The position numbers and the translations under genes are program-made. A DNA stretch of 64,000 nucleotides from Octopus bimaculoides (taxonomy: Eukaryota): NCBI RefSeq assembly GCF_001194135.2, contig NC_068992.1, positions 8,644,360-8,708,359 of the forward strand, read 5' to 3'. Below the pieces are notes generated by a model. That model was not told where the DNA came from. It saw nothing but the letters and a program-made list of their open reading frames with translations, and searched no databases. The stretch's first letter is position 1; each line of letters starts with the position of its first letter. Shown here one piece after another: positions 27,861 through 40,770 of the stretch.

Positions 27861-28956
27861 ATAGAAATATGCGTGCGAGTNNNNNNNNNNNNNNNNNNNN
27901 NNNNNNNNNNNNNNNNNNNNNNNNNNNNNNNNNNNNNNNNNNNNNNNNNNNNNNNNNNNNNNNNNNNNNNNNNNNNNNNNNNNNNNNNNNNNNNNNNNNN
28001 NNNNNNNNNNNNNNNNNNNNNNNNNNNNNNNNNNNNNNNNNNNNNNNNNNNNNNNNNNNNNNNNNNNNNNNNNNNNNNNNNNNNNNNNNNNNNNNNNNNN
28101 NNNNNNNNNNNNNNNNNNNNNNNNNNNNNNNNNNNNNNNNNNNNNNNNNNNNNNNNNNNNNNNNNNNNNNNNNNNNNNNNNNNNNNNNNNNNNNNNNNNN
28201 NNNNNNNNNNNNNNNNNNNNNNNNNNNNNNNNNNNNNNNNNNNNNNNNNNNNNNNNNNNNNNNNNNNNNNNNNNNNNNNNNNNNNNNNNNNNNNNNNNNN
28301 NNNNNNNNNNNNNNNNNNNNNNNNNNNNNNNNNNNNNNNNNNNNNNNNNNNNNNNNNNNNNNNNNNNNNNNNNNNNNNNNNNNNNNNNNNNNNNNNNNNN
28401 NNNNNNNNNNNNNNNNNNNNNNNNNNNNNNNNNNNNNNNNNNNNNNNNNNNNNNNNNNNNNNNNNNNNNNNNNNNNNNNNNNNNNNNNNNNNNNNNNNNN
28501 NNNNNNNNNNNNNNNNNNNNNNNNNNNNNNNNNNNNNNNNNNNNNNNNNNTATATATATATATATATGCATACACACATACACACGTACGCACACATATA
28601 TATGTAAATGTATCTTTGTGTCTGTGTTTGTCCCCCACCATCGCTTGACAACCGGCGTTGGTGTATTTACGTCCTCGTAATGTTAGCGGTTTGGCATAAG
28701 ATCTCGATAGATTAAGTACCGGGCTTTTAAAAAAATGTACTAGGGTTGATACATTCGACTAAAAAATTTTTTCAAGGTAGTGCCCCAGCAAGGCCGTAGT
28801 CTAATGAGTGAAACAAGTGAAAGATAAAAGATATATTCTTAGCTGATATTATGTATATATGTATGTATGTATGTATAGACGAACTCACACATACCCACAC
28901 ATTGTTAGCTGATTTTGCAACGTGAATGGCATAAGTTCCGTGTCAAAACATTTACG

Positions 28957-29322
28957 CTTTTACTTGTTTCAGTCATTTGACTGTGGCCATGCTGGAGCAC
29001 CATCTTTAGTCGAGCAAATCGACCCCAGGACTTATTCTTTGTAAGCCTAGTACTTATTCTATCGGGGCTTTTGCCGAAGCGCTAAGTTATGGGGACGTAA
29101 ACACACCACCATCGGTTGTCAAGCGATGTTGGGGGGACAAACACAGACACACAAACACACACACACACATATATATATGACGGGCTTCTTTCAGTTTCCG
29201 TCTACCAGATCCACTCACAAGGCTTTGGTCGGCCCGAGACTATAGTAAAAGACATTTGCCCAAGGTGCCACGCGGTGGGAATGAACCCAGAACCATGTGG
29301 TTGGTAAGCAAGCTACTTACCA
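28957..29322 (-). mobile_element. SINE family A copy
   Basis: Reverse-complement match to 35356-35729. Confidence 0.88.
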
Positions 29323-29869
29323 AGCGCTTTGACACAAACCTCTATGTCCTCCAATCACTCTTGTATCAGTGTCAGTTTATAAAAGATGATATATTCACTG
29401 CTTTGAAATTGAGCTCCCTCTCCCCGCCTCCATTTGTAAAACTACACGTATCTACACACACACACACGCACACACACACAGAGTCAGATACACATTTGCG
29501 CGCGCAATGTGTACGTATATGTATGTAAAACGGGCTCTAAAGTAATTAATGTGTAGTAAACCAAGAAATTTTAATTCGTCAAAATTAAATCCATTGTTAG
29601 GTGGAAAATTAGTGTTATAGTTAATTCTATTCAAGGAAGATGGATGATGCAGCTCCGGAAATTGATTTAACATAATGTGAATCGCAGTCGATAATGAATC
29701 TGATCTTTGGCAATACGATGACATCTCTGGACATGTTCCGGCTTATTAGACCTCATTAGCTAAATAGCCCAAAACTGTCAGATCTATGATGATAATGGTG
29801 ATGATGATGATGATGATATATGGACGTCCCTGGGTATTTTCATTCCGTGCATACTTTTAAGCCGCCACG

Positions 29870-30400
29870 GAACTCAGTAATTTGTGATTAAACACTGAGT
29901 TTCTCCTTGTCCTTTGCTCTCAATATTTTCCCTTGTGCCTCTTGCACGAGCAGTCCTCATTCAGGGCTAACTTCATGGTTGCGTCTCCAACTCCCACCTC
30001 CCTCATCAAAGCCCGGATTCATTTACACAGATCTTTTATCACTTTGTCCTGCAGTTACTGGATGGATTCTGGCGTGCTGACGCAACCAGAACGCTCGCAC
30101 CGTCCCTTGCTGCTGTTCGCGCCTTCATAGTCTACGTTGCAGTCGTCCATATTATATTTTACAGTCTTCACAGAGCATTGAGCAGCAGTCATGACGTCGG
30201 CATTTTGATACCCGGCGTAAATCATCATTGATACAGGTAATTCTTTTCTAGTATTCCGATGGCTTCTAGTCCTCCATGTCAGTTAACTCCTTTTTTCAAC
30301 TCCAGCTTTGATCTTCGTGCTCTCAAATAGTTGTTGACTGTTCAGCAATACATCAATCGGTTCATGAAATAAAAGTGACATAAAATTTGTCAAATTTATC
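29870..30400 (-). mobile_element. Degenerate Tc1/mariner-superfamily (maT/DD37D-like) transposase N-terminal fragment
   Basis: Minus-strand translation ...SGCVSTPESIQ*LQDKVIKDLCK*IRALMREVGVGDATMKLALNED...KRHKGK.LRAKDKEK resembles the HTH2 region of maT-type transposases. Confidence 0.5.
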
Positions 30401-30409
30401 CCGAACACC

Positions 30410-30452
<43 letters not shown>

Positions 30453-30453
<1 letters not shown>

Positions 30454-30657
30454 TCTTTTACTTGTTTCAGTCATTTGACTGTGGCCATGCTGGAGCACCG
30501 CTTTTAGTCGAGCAAATCAACCCCACGACTTATTATTTGGATGCCTAGTATTCATTCTATCGGTGTCTTTTGCCGAACCGCTAAGTTACGGGGACGTAAA
30601 CACACCAGCATCGGTTGTCAAGCGATGTTGGGGGGACAAACACAAACACACAAACAT

Positions 30658-30710
<53 letters not shown>

Positions 30711-30864
30711 CATATATGCGACGGGATTCTTTCAGTTTCCGTCTACCAGATCCACTCACAAGGCTTTGGTCGGCCTGAGGCTATAGTAGAAGACACTTGC
30801 CCAAGGTGTCACGCAGTGGGACTGAACCCAGAACCATGTGGTTGGTAAGCAAGCTACTTACCAC
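30453..30864 (-). mobile_element. SINE family A copy
   Basis: Reverse-complement match. More diverged copies at about 10165-10505, 14405-14690, 15109-15510, 24225-24650, 42318-42612, 46590-46880 (-) and 19385-19660, 28615-28830, 48680-48990 (+). Confidence 0.88.
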
Positions 30865-31344
30865 GTGTGTGTGTGTGCGCGCGCGTATATATATATATAT
30901 AAGGGCTGACTTGTGTTGCAAAAGTTAGAACATGCAATTTAAACAATCGAAACCATTATAATTGAAGTTGGGTGTATATAGAATGTAGTCTACCGATTCC
31001 AGTCAGTCTTTAATCATAATGAGCTATTTATATTAAAACAGGATGTTCTTTTTGTTTTTTATTAGCATTCTTTTTTTATATTATCTTAGACATGCCTCGT
31101 GTGCAGTGCATTCGTGCAGAAAAGGCTATTGGATATGCATACATGTACCCAGCCATCCACTCAGTTTCAATAGGCCACCACCGGTGAAACTTCGAATTCC
31201 CTAACAATAGTATTGTAATGAATATTAGATTCTACAGAAGAATTGACTCTTTCATCCAATCAGTGTTCGGTTGGGTTATTTTTATGAATTTAGAAAAAGT
31301 GGAAAAAAGAAGAAAAATTTATCTTTAACTGTATGTGCGTGTAC

Positions 31345-32089
31345 TAATACATACATACATGCATGCATACATACATACATACATACATACATACATACAT
31401 ACATACGCACACACACATATATATATATACCCCTAACCCTAACCCTAACCCTAACCCACATACATACATACATACATGCATGCATACATACATACATACA
31501 GACATACATATATGCATACATACATACACACACATACACACATATATATATACATACGCACATATATACATACATACATATATACATACATACACACATA
31601 CATACATACATGCATACACATATATACGTATACATATGCANNNNNNNNNNNNNNNNNNNNNNNNNNNNNNNNNNNNNNNNNNNNNNNNNNNNNNNNNNNN
31701 NNNNNNNNNNNNNNNNNNNNNNNNNNNNNNNNNNNNNNNNNNNNNNNNNNNNNNNNNNNNNNNNNNNNNNNNNNNNNNNNNNNNNNNNNNNNNNNNNNNN
31801 NNNNNNNNNNNNNNNNNNNNNNNNNNNNNNNNNNNNNNNNNNNNNNNNNNNNNNNNNNNNNNNNNNNNNNNNNNNNNNNNNNNNNNNNNNNNNNNNNNNN
31901 NNNNNNNNNNNNNNNNNNNNNNNNNNNNNNNNNNNNNNNNNNNNNNNNNNNNNNNNNNNNNNNNNNNNNNNNNNNNNNNNNNNNNNNNNNNNNNNNNNNN
32001 NNNNNNNNNNNNNNNNNNNNNNNNNNNNNNNNNNNNNNNNNNNNNNNNNNNNNNNNNNNNNNNNNNNNNNNNNNNNNNNNNNNNNNNNN

Positions 32090-32134
<45 letters not shown>

Positions 32135-33040
32135 AATGTATATACATACTAATTTACGAAAATCCCTTCTCCCTCTCTTTCTCTCTCTCTCTCTTTCTAA
32201 AGCATGTTCATGTGTGTAATCAACAGTTAACTGGATTTCATGGTGTTCCCTTTTATTGTTATTGTAGTTGTTGTTGTCGGTTCTAACGTCATAATGAGTG
32301 AATGCCTGTTCTTTCAGTTGCGCTAGTATTAGTAGCCATTCACGGAAAGAGGGGGCGAAAATACTAAACATATAGAAAAATTGGGATATCCTGTGAGAGA
32401 GAGCGACTACTGTCTTCTATATTTAGATCAGACGAGGCTTTCCCCCGCCGTAACTTGTCCTGGTGATTCGCTTAGTTTGATAAACTGTTTAAAGATAACA
32501 AGATATTTTAACGAATTTGAAATCTAACCATTTGACATACATATACATACATACATACATACATATACACACATACATACATATACACACATACATACAT
32601 ACACATACATACATACATATACACACATACATACATACATACACACACATACACACATACATACATACATATACACACATACATACATACACACACATTC
32701 ATACATACATACATACATATACACACATACATACATACATACATACATGTACACATGCATACATAAATACATACTTGTAAACATACATGCATACATACGT
32801 ACGTATATAATTTATGCGTGCATACATAACTGCAAGTGTATACATACATACACGCATACATACGTACTTATTAACATGCACGCATACATACGTACATATA
32901 TAATACTTGCGTACATACATACATACATGCATACATGTATATATATACATACATGCACGCATGCATACATACATGCATACACATACGCATACACACGCGC
33001 GCACGCACATACACACATGCATCATACATTTATGCATACA
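31345..33040. repeat. Large compound (CATA)n/(CA)n/(TA)n microsatellite region with a gap; contains (CCCTAA)4 at 31431-31457
   Basis: Direct reading; a short unique stretch at 32135-32530. Confidence 0.85.
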
Positions 33041-34700
33041 TATCATGAGCTAGTAGTCGTTTCCTAGATGGTGACTCACTCGATTTCAAAGAAATAGCAG
33101 CAAAATTTCCCTGAAATTTCTACCAAAAAAGAAGAAAGGCTGTTCCTGGCTAGTATATATTTGATCGTGGGTCTACTCTATTAAATACAACCTAGGGTTA
33201 AACAACAACAACAACAACAACAGCAGCAGCAGCATTGTACACACGCACACACATTAATATAATACACATACCACAAAACAAGGATTATCGTTCATTTGAA
33301 AAGCTGTAAAGTCAATTAAAGAAATTGAAAGAACAACGTAAACGTCAAAGTCTTAGTCTTTTATTATAATTCCATTCACGTCATGTTTCAATTTCAAAAA
33401 TTCTTTAGACTCCTCACCCACCCATCACCTTTACCATCACCATCGATGACTCCAGGAACATTTCACGATGAAAAAGAGAAAAGAAACTTAAAAACAAAAT
33501 AACTTAAAAAAAAATATTAGATTAAATAAATAAATGAAACACCAGTTAGTCATTCTTCTATTATAATTCCATTCACATCCAGAATGCTTTATAGGAATAT
33601 TAAATCAAATTCGGTACTTCACTGGTACTTCATTTTATCGATCCTTGAAGGATGAAAGGCAACTTTGTCTTCGTCTGTTATTTAATTTCGACATCTCTAA
33701 CGCTTATAAGAACATTAAATCGGTTGAAGTTCTTGACTGGTACTTTATGTTATCTACTCAGGAGGGTGAAAGGCAAAGCTGACCTCAATGGGATGTGAAC
33801 TCGTGGCTTCGTCTTTCAAAGCGTTCAACCGTGACTATTTCGCCCTTTGTTTTCTGTTTGTTTTTTTTTAACAGAAAAAATGATATAGGCACTAAAAGAG
33901 AATGACTCTCCCCAGACCTGTCTTGTTTTCTGTCCGCCACTACATTCCTCCATGGTACAAATTTAATTTGCGGTCCGTGGGAAGAGCCATTCTAACGATG
34001 CGTCCTGCCCTAACTCTTCGAAACGCTTACTTTTAGAATGGTGGCAGCTGATGAAGGAAATGTTCTCTATGTGGCCTGTGTGTTTTCTGTACTCTGTTTA
34101 TCATTTTGTCTACGTTTTTTTTTGCAACGTCCTGTACCCAGATATGCATCTATATATACATGTAGATGTAGGTATGTACATACATGTACGTACATATGCA
34201 TATACTCATTTATTATTTNNNNNNNNNNNNNNNNNNNNNNNNNNNNNNNNNNNNNNNNNNNNNNNNNNNNNNNNNNNNNNNNNNNNNNNNNNNNNNNNNN
34301 NNNNNNNNNNNNNNNNNNNNNNNNNNNNNNNNNNNNNNNNNNNNNNNNNNNNNNNNNNNNNNNNNNNNNNNNNNNNNNNNNNNNNNNNNNNNNNNNNNNN
34401 NNNNNNNNNNNNNNNNNNNNNNNNNNNNNNNNNNNNNNNNNNNNNNNNNNNNNNNNNNNNNNNNNNNNNNNNNATATATATATATATATATAAATAAGAG
34501 GTATTGGTATCCAGAAGACCCAAGGTGGTAGGTAAGGCTAAGTAAGTGCTACGGGAAGACCGTAGCTAGACTCTCGGTTCGATAATAATTCAAGCGAGGA
34601 GTCTAATGCGGGTCTTGTGTGAGCATGTATATGTTAAATAAAATGAGACAACAAAACTAAGGCTGTTTGGAATTTATAGGATATTTATAAAGAGAAAGGT

Positions 34701-34748
34701 AGTCTTACAGCTGTTTCTGGGATATTAAGCGTATCCCTTCATCAAAGA
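34701..34748 (-). ncRNA. Minimal type I hammerhead ribozyme-like motif (C3U variant)
   Basis: Minus strand GTCT-TTGATGA-A-GGGATA-cgcttaa-TATCCC-A-GAAAC-AGCT-GTA-AGAC: all three stems present. Confidence 0.62.
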
Positions 34749-35184
34749 CAATATGAGAGAGTTAACTAAAGGGAAATAGTAGAGTTCTATATAAGTAGTG
34801 ATTTTGAAAAAGGATGGATATTGGAAGTATAAAAGGAAATAAGAGCATAAAAATAAAAATAAAAGTAAAAATATATGTAAGATGTTATAGTTGCTGATTC
34901 ATTATCCAAGGAAAGTGTCCTGTAGAATGGAATTTATGTCTCCATACTATCCACTCGTAGTAACAAAATGCGAACTCCTATCGGAATCTACATACCATGG
35001 ACAAGAAGCCATTCTACACGGTACTTTCCTTGGATAATGGAACTGCAATTGTAACATCCTACATATATTTTTATTTTAATTTTTATTCTCTTATTTTCCT
35101 TTATATTTCCTATATCCATCCTTTTCTAAAATAACTTCTTATATTGAACTATACTGTTTCCCCTCTATTTAACGCTCTAATATC

Positions 35185-35232
35185 GTCTCTGATGAAGGGA
35201 TGTCCCTAATATCTCGTAAACAGCTGTAAGAC
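35185..35232 (+). ncRNA. Minimal type I hammerhead ribozyme-like motif (degenerate: GTAAAC for GAAAC)
   Basis: GTCT-CTGATGA-A-GGGAT..ATCTC-GTAAAC-AGCT-GTA-AGAC: stem I GTCT/AGAC, palindromic stem III, GUA cleavage triplet. Confidence 0.6.
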
Positions 35233-35299
35233 TACCTTTCTCTTTATAAATGTCCTGCAAATTCCAAACAGCCTTGGTTTTATTGTCTCATTTTAAGAC

Positions 35300-35355
<56 letters not shown>

Positions 35356-35356
<1 letters not shown>

Positions 35357-35729
35357 CGCAGGAGTGGCTGTGTGGTAAATAGCTTGCTTACCAACCATAT
35401 GGTTCTGGGTTCAGTCCCACAGCGTGGTACCTTGGGCAAGTGTCTTCTACTATAGCCTCGGGCCGACCAAAGTCTTGTGAAACTGAAAGAAGCTCGTCGT
35501 ATATATGTATATGTATATATGTATTTGTGTGTATATGTTTGTGTGTTTGTGTTTGTTCCCTTGACAACCGATGCTGGTGTGTTTACGTCCCTATAACATA
35601 GCGGTTCGGCAAAAGAAACCGATAGAATAAGTACTGGGCTTACAAAGAATATGTCTTGGGGTCGATTTTCTCGACTAAAGGCGGTGCTCCAGCATGGCCG
35701 GAGTCAAATGACTGAAACAAGTAAAAGAG
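35356..35729 (+). mobile_element. SINE family A (tRNA-derived, internal microsatellite), full-length representative
   Basis: GGAGTGGCTGTGTGG...GGTTCAGTCCC head, central (TA)n/(TG)n, tail GGTGCTCCAGCATGGCC..AGTCAAATGACTGAAACAAGTAAAAGA. More than 15 copies or fragments in the window. Confidence 0.9.
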
Positions 35730-36507
35730 TATATATATATATATATATGTGCGTGTGTGTGTGTGTGTAAATATCTACGTATGTGTGTCTTTGTGTCTGT
35801 GTTTTTACCGCCCCCCCCCATCACCGCTTGACAACCGGTGTTGGTGTGTTAACCTCCCGGTAAACTAGCGGTTCGGCAAAAAGGGTTCGATAGAATAAGT
35901 ACCAGGCTTAACAAAATCAAGTACTGGGGTCGATTCATTCAAAGCGGTGCTCCAGCATGACCACAGTCAAATGACTGAAACAAATAAAAAGTAAAACACA
36001 TGGTGTATTAGGACTATACTATTCAAATGTGTCCTTCCAGTTTTAAGAACATAGGGTGTGGTTTAAGGGAAATTGACTGCTATTTCGAACAAATCGAATC
36101 GCCGCTTAGAGGCTCTGTCTTGCGAATACCCTATAGTGGGGCTTGCGCAGTGTTGGTAGTTCTGCCTCAGTTTTGCCATATATCATGAGCTTCAATTCAT
36201 ACCCAACCAAAACTGACTTTGCCGCTCGTTCATCGATGGTGAAAGGGAAGCATATAAAATAAGAAACAGTGGATTGATTTATCAGTGAAGTGTGCGCCCT
36301 TCCCTTATCATTTGTGGCCTTGTGCCAATGTAGTAAATCAATATTAGAATCTGATGACTAAGCGAAATTGTGGAAGTTGTTCTGTTCTGTCTGTAGTTAT
36401 TCTCGTGTGGTTAATACGAAGCACGTGAAACTAATACGTCGAGATATTATAATGATTCTTTCATGGGGTAACCTATACTTTTTCGTTACAAAACCTTAAC
36501 GGATTGA

Positions 36508-37102
36508 TTACCTAGTGAATTGTTGCCCATTAGAAGTATTGTCACTCCATCCTGCTTCGCCTGAAGGGAGAAGTACTTTTAATGCTCCGGTGGAAATGAT
36601 TGGGTACGGGGTTTGAAGAGACGCCCAGAACTGTACCAATTTTCGGGTGTTAAAGGTCATTTTCAAGGAAGAGTCTTCGGATAAATCGATAAGTTCCTCG
36701 TCAGCTTTTGTTGATATTCCAGTCGTCACGTCAGGTTGAAAGGGGTTCATAATCCATCTTTTCTGTTGCATAGTATTCATCTCTTCATGAAAATAAAATT
36801 CAAAACTTTCTTTTAGCTTATTCAAGTGTTCAGATATCTCAAAGATTATACCATCATTAACTTTTGCTTCAGTCTCCATTACAAAGGTTTCAAATGTTTC
36901 AAAACAGTCATAATTTCGGTTGTCAATACGATTTTTCCACAGGACAACTTTTTTCATAAAACCTCGAAAACGTGAGTCTTGAACTATCTCGATGGACAGC
37001 AGTTAATTAAAGCTAATGCGTAATTTTATAACTTGTTGCGACCCACTAGGATTCCGTTCGCGACCCATCAGTGGGTCGCGACTCATAGTTTGGGAACCAC
37101 TG
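36508..37102 (-). mobile_element. hAT (Buster/Charlie group) internally deleted transposon: 5' TIR joined to transposase C-terminus
   Basis: ORF 36508..36957 HLNKLKESFEFYF...WIMNPF...EELIDLSEDSSLKMTF...QFWASL..YPIISTGALKVLLP.GEAG.S (hAT dimerisation domain). TIR CAGTGGTTCCCAAAC at 37102, three subterminal GGGTCGC repeats, flanking 8-mer gtcTAatc fits the Buster nnnTAnnn site. Confidence 0.88.
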
Positions 37103-38287
37103 GTCTAATCCTTTCTCCTATAGGCACAAAGCCTGAAATTTCGGTGGAAGGGGCTAGTCGATTACATCGATCCCAGTGTTTCACTGGTACTTAATTCATC
37201 GACCCCGAAAGGATGAAAGGCAAAGTCGACCTCGACGTAATTTGAACTCAGAACGTGGGCAAAATGCTTAGCGGTATTTCGCCCGGCGTGCTAACGATTC
37301 TGCCATGATAATGATGATAACTTTAAAAAAATGGTGCAATGCAAGTACAAATTCATTCAAGAAATAAAGGAATATGTTTGTCAAAGATTGAGATAAGAAA
37401 AAAATGTTTCTTTATTCTTTTTCTTTCATGTTTGTTTCTTATTCTCTGCATTTGTGTGTTTTGTGGAAAATGTTTGATTCAAATATTTGTGCATCAACAC
37501 ACATGCATGTATGTGTATGTGTGTGCGTGTGTCTGTGTGTGTGTGTGTATGTGCATGTGTGCGTGTGTCTTTGTGACGCGCATGATGAAGATAATGATGA
37601 ANNNNNNNNNNGGGGGGGGGTAAGAAGGGAATTATTATGGCATTGTTTTGGAATTTGCGGGCGAGGTTACGAAATCTGCTTTTGCATAGCACAAAAGTGT
37701 GCTGTGTGTTGTAAGTGTGTGTGTGTGTGTGTGTTGTAAGTGTGTGTTCGCGTGCGCAATCGTAAGAAAACGAAGAAAGAGTGTAACAGGAGGGTTAGGG
37801 TTTGCTAAAAGAGAAAGGAAAGGGTAAGGGAAAAAGAATAGAATTACTTAAAAGGTGGGTAGAAAGAAGAAGCCAAATAGTCTTAGAGGATATACTTATT
37901 TTCAGCCAGAAATATCTCGTAGAAAATAACAGTCGAACACACCCATCCGTGCTATGGTAGAAGAGCGAAGGTCGACGTGGTTGAAAAGGGCGTAGTCTCA
38001 GAGGCTCAGCCTAAACGTGTACCAAGTACTTCAGTAACGTCATTGCCTCCGCAGACATATCTTTCCCCTCCACCTAAACCCAACACCATATTGCACGCAC
38101 GCACGCTCACATACACACGCGTGTTCTTACATACCCATCTGCCCTTTTTTAGATGGTTGCCAGGTCACTGTTTCCTTGATAAGAGTCTATATAGCTTCTT
38201 ACACACACGCGCGCAAACACACACACACATACACATATATATATATATTCATGTTTGTGTGTGCATATATATATATATATATATATG

Positions 38288-38330
<43 letters not shown>

Positions 38331-40770
38331 NNNNNNNNNNNNNNNNNNNNNNNNNNNNNNNNNNNNNNNNNNNNNNNNNNNNNNNNNNNNNNNNNNNNNN
38401 NNNNNNNNNNNNNNNNNNNNNNNNNNNNNNNNNNNNNNNNNNNNNNNNNNNNNNNNNNNNNNNNNNNNNNNNNNNNNNNNNNNNNNNNNNNNNNNNNNNN
38501 NNNNNNNNNNNNNNNNNNNNNNNNNNNNNNNNNNNNNNNNNNNNNNNNNNNNNNNNNNNNNNNNNNNNNNNNNNNNNNNNNNNNNNNNNNNNNNNNNNNN
38601 NNNNNNNNNNNNNNNNNNNNNNNNNNNNNNNNNNNNNNNNNNNNNNNNNNNNNNNNNNNNNNNNNNNNNNNNNNNNNNNNNNNNNNNNNNNNNNNNNNNN
38701 NNNNNNNNNNNNNNNNNNNNNNNNNNNNNNNNNNNATATATATATATATATATATATATAAAACTGTTAAGAATAGATATTAAACCTTGATCTTAGCCAG
38801 AAGACTATATATATATACACACACATAGAGTGTATATATACGTGTGTGTGTAGATATGTATGTATAATATTCATGATGATTGTAAGCAGCAAAGTAATTA
38901 ACCAGCTAAATACATATAAGCAAGCAACAAAGACGGTAGATAAACCTCTTTTCTAAATAGAGATGATATTCAGTCTGTATCGTTTTACAACGTAACATTT
39001 TCTGTGTAATCTTAAGTGATATCAATTCCTTACCTACCTACCCCCACCCCTTATATCTGCCTACCCGCTTTTTACGTATGTATAGTCTTGTTGCCAGACA
39101 TCAACATCAACAACAATCTCTTAATATACGGGATCAGATTGACATTTATAAACATGTGGGCTATTGTATCTGCGTATAACAGTGACTACTTTTGTCTGTT
39201 ATCGATGTTTAACCCCAGGTCGAGTAAACCTATGATCAAAAGTTTTCCACCCGTGACCCTTCTATCTTTTTAAGAGATGTGTAGAACTACACTAAGCAAT
39301 GATTGCATATCTTCATACAAGCGGATAAGGTGTGATTTGAAGAACATTTGGCTGTTATTTCTAGCAGACCGAGCGAGCACTATAAAACGTCATTTGTTCG
39401 TTACCTGAATCTGTTTCAATGCATATATGTATAAGTGACTTTGTGTATATGTATACGAGTCAAAAACTATGTCTGTATGTGTGTTCTGATGTATTAGTAA
39501 CAGCTTTTATTTCTGATATTTGTTATGTTGATTATGGTAGGCAATCGATTAAACTAAACACGTTATCTCAATCCCTAGAAGAAATGTAGACGGGATTTGA
39601 TCTCAGAAGGTAAAGGGGCATAACTAAATAACAGTAAACTCCCTCTTGTCCGCTACTGAAATAACCAAAACTCTCAAGCAACCGGTACCCCCAAGAAAGA
39701 AAGGTTGAAACCAAAGACTCCAATCTGATCTGGCAGAGTTTCTACAGCTGAATGCCCTTCCTAACGCCAACTACTCCGAGAGTGTAGTGGGTGCTTTTTA
39801 CGTGCCACCGGCACGAGGGCCAGTCCGGCGGTACTGGCAACGGCCACGATCAAATGGTGTTTTTTATGTGTCTCCTGCACAGGAGTCAGCCAATGTTTTG
39901 TTCATTTGCCACCGGCACAAGTGCCAGTAAGGCGAAGCTGCAAATGCTCGCGCTCAAATGGTGCTTTTTACGTGCCACCGGCACGGGAGCGAGACCGTTG
40001 CTCCGGCAGTGATCCCGCTCGGATGGTCCTGTTAGCGCTCCACTGGTACGGCTGCCAGTCATCAAATTTGGTTCAATTTCGACTTATTAATAAAGACGTT
40101 CAAACTGTGATCTTCCACTCCGTAAGGTATAACGTATCAAGGGCTATCTTATCCCCTGCACACGCCCGCTTCCATTTGTTAAACAATACGTAAGCATTTG
40201 GCTGCTATTTCTCGCAGATCGAGTGGCCACTTGGTGATTGGATGAAATTACTGTAACTCAGCCATACTGGGGCGGTGTAGATTCTAAGAAAAATCTGAAA
40301 TAGTTACAATTAAGTTATTGACCGCGTGTTTTCATTGAGATTAGATTTTAATCCAAAACAACCTCTACAGCAAGATTATGTTCATTAAATGTCTAAACGT
40401 CTGAGATGATTTGCTGTTAATAAGATTATGATTTCTCAATCTATTAACCTTTTTTTAGGAAAGTATACTTACAATATCTATAAGTTTACTACCAAGTTCC
40501 GGTTTGGCCGGGACGGTCCTAGTTTGAACTATCTGTTCCGCAATCCAATCCGGTTATCAAATGAATCAGGTTTGATACTGAAATGTCTCCATAATGAGAT
40601 AAATTCTTAGAAGAAAAAATTAAAAAGAAACAGTTTTTAAATCAACAAATACAAACTATCAACCATACTCATGTTTGAGCTCAGTCTGAGGCTAGCGTTG
40701 CTTTGGCATTAGCAGAAGTCCAGCAAGTTTGTGATGTACCAACGTAGTAATAACATTCAAGTCATAAGTA

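Larger units (their letters stand above)
34639..35295. repeat. Long inverted repeat (arms ~290 bp, ~78 bp spacer), probably inverted Penelope-like pseudo-LTRs
   Basis: Arm 34639-34930 is colinear with the reverse complement of 35009-35295 (roughly 80% identity by eye); each arm carries a hammerhead-like motif. Confidence 0.85.

Noticed and set aside
27663-38790. Long ORFs of 240-315 aa in the track (and similar ones at 5451-6533, 13272-13823, 22025-22607)
   Set aside because: They consist of N-gap X runs plus microsatellite translations (YIYI, CVCV, HTYI) and are not coding.
39790-40010. CRISPR-like repeat/spacer appearance
   Set aside because: Eukaryotic context, no cas genes, and the 'spacers' are homologous to each other and to the sister copy at 47.6 kb. 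It is an internal tandem array of a retroposon.
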